Source: Torpedo marmorata (taxonomy: Eukaryota). Taken from it: a stretch of 64,000 nt of DNA. The DNA lies in assembly GCA_977017645.1 (NCBI GenBank), contig OZ360256.1, positions 10,726,001-10,790,000 of the forward strand, written 5' to 3'. Below, piece by piece: positions 60,901 to 64,000 of this stretch. Both the position numbers and the translations under genes were made by a program. A model generated the notes under the pieces. It saw only the letters and a program-made list of their open reading frames with translations, searched no databases and was not told where the DNA came from. Position 1 is the stretch's first letter. Each line of letters begins with the position of its first letter.

Positions 60901-62124
60901 GCGGACTTGCCCGTTCAAACACGCAGGTAAACTCGAGTACGCGGACCTGCCCATTCAAACACACAAGTAAACTCGAGTACGCGGACCTGCCCATTCAAAC
61001 ACACAAGTAAACTCGAGTACGCAGACCTGCCCGTTCAAACACGCAGGTAAACTTGAGTACGCGGACCTGCCCATTCAAACACGCAGGTAAACTCGAGAAC
61101 ACGGACCTGCCCATTCAAACACGCAGGTAAACACAAGTACGCGGACCTGCCCATTCAAACACGCAGGTAAACTGGAGTACGCAGACCTGCCCATTCAAAC
61201 ACGCAGGTAAACTCGAGTAAGCGGACCTGCCCATTCAAACACGCAGGTAAACTGGAGTACGCAGACCTGCCCATTCAAACACGCAGGTAAACTCGAGTAC
61301 GCGGACCTGCCCATTCAAACACACAAGTAAACTCGAGTACGCGGACCTGCCCATTCAAACACGCAGGTAAACTCGAGAACACGGACCTGCCCATTCAAAC
61401 ACGCAGGTAAACTCGAGAACACGGACCTGCCCATTCAAACACGCAGGTAAACACAAGTACGCGGACCTGCCCATTCAAACACGCAGGTAAACTGGAGTAC
61501 GCAGACCTGCCCATTCAAACACGCAGGTAAACTCGAGTACGCGGACCTGCCCGTTCAAACACGCAGGTAAACTCGAGTACGCAGACCTGCCCATTCAAAC
61601 ACGCAGGTAAACTCGAGTACGCGGACCTGCCCGTTCAAACACGCAGGTAAACACGAGTACGTGATCCTGCCCATTCAAACACGCAGGTAAACTCGAGTAC
61701 GCGGACCTGCCCGTTCAAACACGCAGGTAAACACGAGTACGTGATCCTGCCCATTCAAACACGCAGGTAAACTCGAGTACGCGATCCTGCCTGTTCAAAC
61801 ACGCAGGTAAACTTGAGTACGCGGACCTGCCCTTTCAAACGCGCAGGTAAACTCGAGTACGCGGACCTGCCCGTTCAAACGCACGACTGACCTGGTGCTT
61901 TGGTTCCAGGGGAGACGCGGCGCATCCTCAGCGTCAGTCCAACCTACGACTGGACCTGCTTCAGCCACTCGCTCCGCAACGTGTCCCCCATGCCCGTGGA
62001 GTCGTCGCCCCCAGCACCCTGCCCCACCCCCTGCCACCGGCTCACCGCCTGCCCCGACTGCCTGGCCTCCACCGGTGCCGACGGCGGCTGGCAGCGCTGC
62101 GTCTGGAGTTTGGCCCTGAGGCAG
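1423..62124 (+). CDS. MEGF8: MEGF8 (multiple EGF-like domains 8), partial multi-exon gene: 30 distinct exons, 9 of them present twice
   Basis: Spliced translation has MEGF8 motifs ([47 protein letters not shown]; [12 protein letters not shown]; [46 protein letters not shown]). All introns are GT-AG and exon phases join correctly. Confidence 0.96.
2020..3250. repeat. ~29-bp minisatellite GTGTGAGCAGTGTAGGAGTGTGAGGGTGG
   Basis: Direct tandem copies. Confidence 0.9.
3275..4615. repeat. ~31-bp minisatellite ACACTGATCCCCTTCCCCCACACCTGGTGTA
   Basis: Direct tandem copies. Confidence 0.9.
5281..5458 (+). CDS. MEGF8: MEGF8 exon B (kelch)
   Basis: Long pyrimidine tract + CAG; [17 protein letters not shown]...[26 protein letters not shown]; donor GTGAGG. 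Confidence 0.9.
5459..6570. repeat. ~26-bp CpG-rich minisatellite GAGGCTCGTCACCGTATCCCCGCGGC derived from the exon B donor junction
   Basis: Tandem copies align to GTCACCGGATCTCCCCACG|GTGAGGCTCGTCAC. Confidence 0.85.
6700..8030 (+). mobile_element. CR1-type LINE 3' fragment, interrupted by a Penelope element
   Basis: [23 protein letters not shown] / [39 protein letters not shown]; [16 protein letters not shown]. Confidence 0.85.
6781..7460 (-). mobile_element. Penelope-like element 3' fragment (GIY-YIG endonuclease and terminal repeat)
   Basis: [41 protein letters not shown]; degenerate hammerhead-like motif at ~6900-6940; GTGATG on both flanks. Confidence 0.85.
8305..8835. repeat. Degenerate TTCTTG(C/T)G low-complexity repeat
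   Basis: T/G/C-rich short-period repeat. Confidence 0.8.
9020..9165 (+). CDS. MEGF8: MEGF8 exon C (kelch)
   Basis: [18 protein letters not shown]...[19 protein letters not shown]; CAG / GTGAGT. Confidence 0.93.
9408..9828 (-). mobile_element. Solo LTR (421 bp), antisense to MEGF8
   Basis: TG...CA ends; GCAG TSD at 9404-9407 and 9829-9832; minus-strand TATAAAAA (9571-9578) followed by AATAAA (9467-9472). Confidence 0.8.
10373..11050 (-). mobile_element. Penelope-like insertion with inverted terminal segment and 14-bp TSD
   Basis: [24 protein letters not shown]; TTGGTTTTGCTAAC at 10359-10372 and 11051-11064; GCTGGAGAAACTCAGCAGGTCA inverted at ~10978-10999. Confidence 0.85.
10434..10474 (-). 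ncRNA. Minimal type I hammerhead-ribozyme-like motif (Penelope-associated; U at core position 3)
   Basis: Minus strand CATACT-TTGATGA-A-GGGC-TCAA-GCCC-GAAAC-GTC-GGTTATG; same motif at 22852-22892. Confidence 0.6.
11290..11486 (+). mobile_element. CR1-type LINE fragment
   Basis: [19 protein letters not shown]...[19 protein letters not shown]. Confidence 0.75.
11487..12370 (-). mobile_element. Penelope-like element 3' fragment (GIY-YIG)
   Basis: [43 protein letters not shown]; degenerate hammerhead-like motif at ~11552-11592. Confidence 0.85.
12386..12717. repeat. ~23/24-bp minisatellite TTTTGGTGTGGGGATCGTGGAGCG
   Basis: Tandem copies; also at ~24805-25138. Confidence 0.85.
12772..12897 (+). 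CDS. MEGF8: MEGF8 exon D (copy 1)
   Basis: [34 protein letters not shown]; CAG / GTGAGT. Confidence 0.92.
13618..13775 (+). CDS. MEGF8: MEGF8 exon E (copy 1, kelch)
   Basis: [35 protein letters not shown]; CAG / GTGAGT. Confidence 0.92.
14551..14658 (+). CDS. MEGF8: MEGF8 exon F (copy 1, PSI)
   Basis: [29 protein letters not shown]; CAG / GTGAGG. Confidence 0.92.
14695..16300. repeat. Degenerate GTGACGGTTCGTTGACGTGCG repeat, CpG-rich
   Basis: Tandem copies fill intron F-G; also at ~27120-28735. Confidence 0.85.
16327..16474 (+). CDS. MEGF8: MEGF8 exon G (copy 1, PSI)
   Basis: [22 protein letters not shown]...[15 protein letters not shown]; CAG / GTAACC. Confidence 0.92.
16782..16945 (+). 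CDS. MEGF8: MEGF8 exon H (copy 1)
   Basis: [18 protein letters not shown]...[19 protein letters not shown]; CAG / GTGAGT. Confidence 0.92.
17543..17734 (+). CDS. MEGF8: MEGF8 exon I (copy 1; symmetric phase 0-0, 192 nt)
   Basis: [31 protein letters not shown]...[19 protein letters not shown]; CAG / GTGAGT. Confidence 0.88.
18848..19048 (+). CDS. MEGF8: MEGF8 exon J (copy 1)
   Basis: [19 protein letters not shown]...[21 protein letters not shown]...SEMTLTWER; CAG / GTGAGT. Confidence 0.9.
19058..20120. repeat. ~33-36-bp VNTR GGAGTGTATCCCCCTGGAATACCGTGCCCCTTCCC (short allele)
   Basis: Tandem copies; the copy-2 array is 714 bp longer. Confidence 0.9.
20749..20979 (+). CDS. MEGF8: MEGF8 exon K (copy 1, PSI)
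   Basis: [33 protein letters not shown]...[15 protein letters not shown]; CAG / GTGAGT. Confidence 0.92.
21102..21217. mobile_element. 116-bp mini solo-LTR / TRIM-like insertion
   Basis: TGTCGCGG...CCGCTACA inverted ends; GATC/GACC flanks; interrupts a CAGACCC repeat; also at 34250-34365. Confidence 0.55.
21455..21567 (+). CDS. MEGF8: MEGF8 exon L (copy 1, PSI)
   Basis: [37 protein letters not shown]; CAG / GTGAGC. Confidence 0.9.
21672..21771. other. 100-N scaffold gap between the two duplicated blocks
   Basis: Exactly 100 N. Confidence 0.95.
21853..22246 (-). mobile_element. Solo LTR, copy 2 (27-bp deletion)
   Basis: Same TG...CA ends and GCAG TSD. Confidence 0.75.
22247..24788 (-). mobile_element. 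Copy 2 of the Rex-like LINE / Penelope / CR1 / Penelope cluster
   Basis: ORFs 22156-22710, 23078-23305 and 24227-24745 match those in copy 1. Confidence 0.8.
25193..25318 (+). CDS. MEGF8: MEGF8 exon D (copy 2)
   Basis: Same sequence and splice sites as 12772-12897. Confidence 0.85.
26039..26196 (+). CDS. MEGF8: MEGF8 exon E (copy 2)
   Basis: Same as 13618-13775. Confidence 0.85.
26973..27080 (+). CDS. MEGF8: MEGF8 exon F (copy 2)
   Basis: Same as 14551-14658. Confidence 0.85.
28761..28908 (+). CDS. MEGF8: MEGF8 exon G (copy 2)
   Basis: Same as 16327-16474. Confidence 0.85.
29216..29379 (+). CDS. MEGF8: MEGF8 exon H (copy 2)
   Basis: Same as 16782-16945. Confidence 0.85.
29977..30168 (+). 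CDS. MEGF8: MEGF8 exon I (copy 2)
   Basis: Same as 17543-17734. Confidence 0.85.
31282..31482 (+). CDS. MEGF8: MEGF8 exon J (copy 2)
   Basis: Same as 18848-19048. Confidence 0.85.
31492..33268. repeat. ~33-36-bp VNTR (long allele)
   Basis: Same unit as 19058-20120. Confidence 0.9.
33897..34127 (+). CDS. MEGF8: MEGF8 exon K (copy 2)
   Basis: Same as 20749-20979. Confidence 0.85.
34603..34715 (+). CDS. MEGF8: MEGF8 exon L (copy 2)
   Basis: Same as 21455-21567; continues without a gap to exon M. Confidence 0.88.
35541..35672 (+). CDS. MEGF8: MEGF8 exon M (PSI)
   Basis: [43 protein letters not shown]; CAG / GTAGCT. Confidence 0.93.
35745..37262. mobile_element. Inverted pair of Penelope-like terminal repeats with an expanded CT-rich internal tract
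   Basis: GCTGGAGAAACTCAGCAGGTCACGCAGCATC at the left end is the reverse complement of GATGCTGCGTGACCTGCTGAGGTTCTCCAGC at the right end; hammerhead-like motif in each arm. Confidence 0.75.
37487..37650 (-). mobile_element. tRNA-derived V-SINE (HE1-like), internally deleted
   Basis: V-domain GAGGAAACCGGAACACCCGGAGGAAACCCACG; minus-strand B-box GGTTCGAATC. Confidence 0.7.
37872..38175. repeat. ~28-bp repeat CTGGGCGAGCTGACCCCTGACCTTTGCC running into the exon N acceptor
   Basis: Tandem copies. Confidence 0.8.
38185..38298 (+). CDS. MEGF8: MEGF8 exon N (PSI)
   Basis: [37 protein letters not shown]; CAG / GTAGGG. Confidence 0.92.
38668..38985. repeat. ~24-31-bp repeat GACTGTCTGTGACCCCGTCTGGTGTCTGGG
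   Basis: Tandem copies. Confidence 0.8.
39017..39265 (+). CDS. MEGF8: MEGF8 exon O (calcium-binding EGF)
   Basis: CVPGDF...[50 protein letters not shown]; CAG / GTGAGT. Confidence 0.93.
39502..39686 (+). CDS. MEGF8: MEGF8 exon P (EGF / laminin-EGF)
   Basis: [26 protein letters not shown]...[10 protein letters not shown]...CDQCQ; CAG / GTAATG. Confidence 0.93.
39960..40460. mobile_element. CR1 3' fragment (+) joined to a Rex-like LINE fragment (-)
   Basis: [23 protein letters not shown] on +; [31 protein letters not shown] on -. Confidence 0.7.
40480..41430. repeat. Degenerate (TGACCCC)n repeat
   Basis: Dense CTGACCCC/ATGACCC motifs. Confidence 0.75.
41448..41658 (+). CDS. MEGF8: MEGF8 exon Q (laminin-EGF)
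   Basis: [34 protein letters not shown]...[21 protein letters not shown]; CAG / GTAAGG. Confidence 0.93.
41695..42210. repeat. ~34-bp C/A-rich repeat CCCTGTACCCCCAGCACACCGTCCCCACCCCACCA
   Basis: Tandem copies. Confidence 0.85.
42265..43311 (+). repeat. Tandem copies of the exon R acceptor junction separated by (GT)n
   Basis: About 12 x TACAGTAACYCCCGCCTGCCTCTCTCCCCCAG|GGACGGAGGGACCTGT. Confidence 0.9.
43312..43534 (+). CDS. MEGF8: MEGF8 exon R (start of second CUB)
   Basis: [25 protein letters not shown]...[10 protein letters not shown]...IQIQCG; TAG / GTGAGT. Confidence 0.92.
43730..44140 (+). mobile_element. CR1-type LINE fragment
   Basis: [45 protein letters not shown]. Confidence 0.85.
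45005..45149 (+). CDS. MEGF8: MEGF8 exon S (CUB)
   Basis: [14 protein letters not shown]...[24 protein letters not shown]; CAG / GTAGGT. Confidence 0.92.
45225..45917 (+). repeat. ~44-bp repeat copying the exon T acceptor
   Basis: CCCCTTCACCTTCCCCGTCTCTCTGTTCCAG|GGGGTG units. Confidence 0.85.
45918..46117 (+). CDS. MEGF8: MEGF8 exon T (CUB end, Cys-rich linker)
   Basis: [12 protein letters not shown]...[14 protein letters not shown]...[17 protein letters not shown]; CAG / GTGAGT. Confidence 0.9.
46139..47005. repeat. 33-bp minisatellite CCCCAGGGTCCGTCACAAAGTGTGTCCCCCTCA
   Basis: About 26 tandem copies. Confidence 0.92.
47065..47365. repeat. ~31-bp repeat CCGGTGTGCCGGGTGGGAGGGGGGAACATTC
   Basis: Tandem copies. 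Confidence 0.8.
47413..47505 (+). CDS. MEGF8: MEGF8 exon U (EGF end)
   Basis: [31 protein letters not shown]; CAG / GTAAGT. Confidence 0.9.
47890..48005 (+). CDS. MEGF8: MEGF8 exon V (kelch)
   Basis: [38 protein letters not shown]; CAG / GTGAGG. Confidence 0.9.
48380..48575 (+). CDS. MEGF8: MEGF8 exon W (kelch)
   Basis: YSVTQRLW...[12 protein letters not shown]...[30 protein letters not shown]; CAG / GTAGGG. Confidence 0.92.
48698..54062. repeat. 5.4-kb ~21-bp satellite CTGACCC(G/A)GACTCTCTCCCC with higher-order ~1.37-kb duplication
   Basis: Tandem copies; matching ORF translations at 51518 and 52883. Confidence 0.92.
54067..54238 (+). CDS. MEGF8: MEGF8 exon X (kelch)
   Basis: [13 protein letters not shown]...[27 protein letters not shown]...TAPT; CAG / GTAGGG. 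Confidence 0.92.
54651..54814 (+). CDS. MEGF8: MEGF8 exon Y (kelch)
   Basis: [27 protein letters not shown]...[12 protein letters not shown]; CAG / GTAACG. Confidence 0.93.
55075..56137 (+). mobile_element. CR1-type LINE reverse-transcriptase fragment
   Basis: [16 protein letters not shown]...PEDWK...[13 protein letters not shown]...[13 protein letters not shown]...[16 protein letters not shown]...[12 protein letters not shown]...KFADD. Confidence 0.9.
55532..55723. mobile_element. 192-bp Tc1/mariner-pogo-type MITE inside the CR1
   Basis: TA TSD; TIRs CAGTAAACTCCTGGTAT / ATACCAGGGATTTTCCTG; excision restores [12 protein letters not shown]. Confidence 0.8.
56291..56435 (+). CDS. MEGF8: MEGF8 exon Z (kelch)
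   Basis: [42 protein letters not shown]; CAG / GTATGG. Confidence 0.92.
57237..57483 (+). CDS. MEGF8: MEGF8 exon AA (kelch, PSI)
   Basis: ...[29 protein letters not shown]...CVWCRS...CLSIEEAD; TAG / GTAGGG. Confidence 0.92.
58365..58676 (+). repeat. 53-bp tandem copies of the exon AB acceptor junction
   Basis: AG ends at 58381, 58434, 58487, 58540, 58593 and 58646. Confidence 0.92.
58647..58776 (+). CDS. MEGF8: MEGF8 exon AB (PSI)
   Basis: [34 protein letters not shown]; only the last of six tandem CAG acceptors keeps the frame open; donor GTGAGT. Confidence 0.9.
58788..59465. repeat. ~28-30-bp repeat GTGACCTCTCACCCCACAGAGCCCCGCCCC
   Basis: Tandem copies. Confidence 0.85.
59538..60350. 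repeat. 27-bp repeat GGCCTCTGATTGGCTCCCTCAGTCCCC (an inverted CCAAT in nearly every unit)
   Basis: Tandem copies. Confidence 0.9.
60365..60566 (+). CDS. MEGF8: MEGF8 exon AC
   Basis: [14 protein letters not shown]...[17 protein letters not shown]...[11 protein letters not shown]; CAG / GTAAGC. Confidence 0.95.
60537..61884 (+). repeat. 40-bp tandem array of the exon AC donor junction
   Basis: GCGGACCTGCCCATTCAAACACGCAG|GTAAACTCGAGTAC at an exact 40-bp period. Confidence 0.95.
61910..62124 (+). CDS. MEGF8: MEGF8 exon AD (PSI)
   Basis: [43 protein letters not shown]...[17 protein letters not shown]; CAG / GTGAGC. Confidence 0.95.
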
Positions 62125-62154
62125 GTGAGCGTCTGCGGCTGGGCCGTCTGTCTG

Positions 62155-64000
62155 CGGCTGGGTCTGTCTGTGGCAGGGCTCTCCCATCTGGGGTAGGGGT
62201 CTGTCTGTGGAAAGGCGCTCCTGTCCTGGGGCAGGGCTCTGTCTGGGGCAGGGCTCTCCCATCTGGGGTAGGGATCTGTCTGGGGCAGGGCTCTGTCTGG
62301 GGCAGGTGTCTGAGGGGGGAGGGGGAGGATTCCAGTCTGGGGGGAGGGGGAATGGGTCTCCCATCTGGGGGAGGGGTCTCCCGTCTGGGGGGAGGGGGAA
62401 GGGGGTTTCCTGTCTGAGGGGGAAGGGGTCTCCCTTCTGGGGGGAGGGAGAGGGGTTCTCCCTGTCATAGGGGAGGGATTCCCGTCTGAGAGGCAAGGGG
62501 CCTCCCGTCTGGGGTAGGGGTCTGTCTGGGGCAGGGCTCTCCTGTCTGGGTAGGGGTCTGTCTGGGGCAGGGCTCTCCCGTCTGGGGTAGGGGTCTGTCT
62601 GGGGCAGGGCTCTCCTGTCTGGGGTAGGGGTCTGTCTGGGGCAGGGCTCTCCTGTCTGGGTAGGGGTCTGTCTGGGGCAGGGCTCTCCCATCTAGGGTAG
62701 GGGTCTGTCTGGGGCAGGGCTCTCCCATCTGGGGTAGGGGTCTGTCTGGGGCAGGGCTCTCCTGTCTGGGGTAGGGGTCTGTCTGGGGCAGGGCTCTCCC
62801 ATCTAGGGTAGGGGTCTGTCTGGGGCAGGGCTCTCCCATCTGGGGTAGGGGTCTGTCTGGGGCAAGGTCTCCCATCTGGGGCAGGGGTTTGTCTGTGGCA
62901 GGGGTCTGAGAGGGGAGGGGGAGGATTCCAGTCTGGGGGAAGGGGGAATAGGTCTCCCATCCGGGGGGAGGAGTCTCCCGTCTGGGGGGAGGGGGAAGGG
63001 GGTCTCCCATCTGCGGGAGGGAGAGGGGTTCTCCCCGTCATGGGGGAGGGGTTCCTGTCTGAGGGGCAAGGGCTCTCTCGTCTGGGGTTGGGGTCTGTCT
63101 GGGGCAGGGCTCTCTCTGGGGTTGGGGTCTGTCTGGGGCAGGGCTCTCCCGTCTGAGGTAGGGGTCTGTCTGGGGTAGGGGTCTGTCTGGGGCAAGGCTC
63201 TCCCGTCTGAGGTAGGGGTCTGTCTGGGGCAAGGCTCTCCCGTCTGGGGTTGGGGTCTGTCTGGGGCAAGGCTCTCCCGTCTGAGGTAGGGGTCTGTCTG
63301 GAGCAGGGCTCTCCTGTCTGAGGTCGGGGTCTGTCTGGGGCAGGGCTCTCCTGTCTGGGGTAGGGGTCTGTCTGGGGCAGGGCTCTCCTGTCTGGGGTAG
63401 GGGTCTGTCTGGGGTAGGGCTCTCATGTCTGGGGTGGGATCTGACTGGGGCACGTGTCTGAGGGGGGAGGGGGAGGATTCCAGTCTGGGGAAGGGGGAAT
63501 GGGTCTCCAATCCGGAGGGAGGGTCTCCCTTCTGAGGGGAGGCGTCTCCTGTCTAGGGGGAGGGGGAAGGGGGTCTTCCGTCTGAGGAGGGAGGCGGAAG
63601 GGGTCTCCGATCTTGGGGGAGGGTGAGGGGTTCTCTCCATCTTAGGGGAGGGAGAGGGATTCCCGTCTGAGGGACAAGGGCTCTCCCGTCTGGGGTTGGG
63701 GTCTTGTCTGGGGCAGGGCTCTCCCATCTAGGGTAGGGGTCTCTCTGGGGCAGGGCTCTCCTTTCTGGGGTAGGGGTCTGTCTGGGGCTAGGCTCTCCCA
63801 TCTGGTGTAGGGGTCTGTCTGTGGCAGGGCTCTCCAGTCTGAGTTAGGGGTCTGTCTGGGGCAGGGCTCTCCCGTCTGGGGTAGGGGTCTGTCTGGGGCA
63901 GGGCTCTCCTGTCTGGGGTAGGGGTCTGTCTGGGGCAAGGCTCTCCTGTTTGAGGTAGGGGTCTGTCTGGGGTAGGGCTCTCATGTCTGGGGTAGGGCTC
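62155..64000. repeat. ~35-36-bp G-rich repeat GGGGTAGGGGTCTGTCTGGGGCAGGGCTCTCCCATCT with higher-order blocks
   Basis: Tandem copies up to the window end. Confidence 0.88.

Noticed and set aside
60567-61884. CRISPR-like regular 40-bp repeats
   Set aside because: Head-to-tail units with no unique spacers, no cas genes, and a vertebrate intron context.
1423-62124. Attractin / ATRNL1 identity
   Set aside because: Two kelch sets, an internal second CUB, no C-type lectin domain and MEGF8-specific peptides.

Overview
Vertebrate genomic DNA. It is most likely from a GC-rich region of a cartilaginous fish, inferred from an HE1-like V-SINE and Penelope, CR1 and Rex-type elements. The window holds the central part of a + strand MEGF8 gene as 30 GT-AG exons whose phases join consistently from 1423 to 62124. 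They encode kelch repeats, PSI, EGF/laminin-EGF, a second CUB, a second kelch set and further PSI domains; both gene ends lie outside the readable sequence. Nine exons appear twice (9394-21671 vs 21839-34819) either side of a 100-N gap, most likely two uncollapsed haplotypes. The most striking pattern is that many intronic tandem repeats are amplified copies of the adjacent exon-intron junction, giving arrays of decoy donors (e.g. 32 x CAG|GTAA), decoy acceptors with branch point and pyrimidine tract, and 25-nt mini-copies of an exon. Penelope remnants carry hammerhead-ribozyme-like motifs. A solo LTR, a 116-bp mini-LTR, a TA-flanked MITE and nested insertions with clean target-site duplications (TSDs) are also present. 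Exon letters A-AD are my own labels, and comparisons with human MEGF8 are from memory, not from a search.
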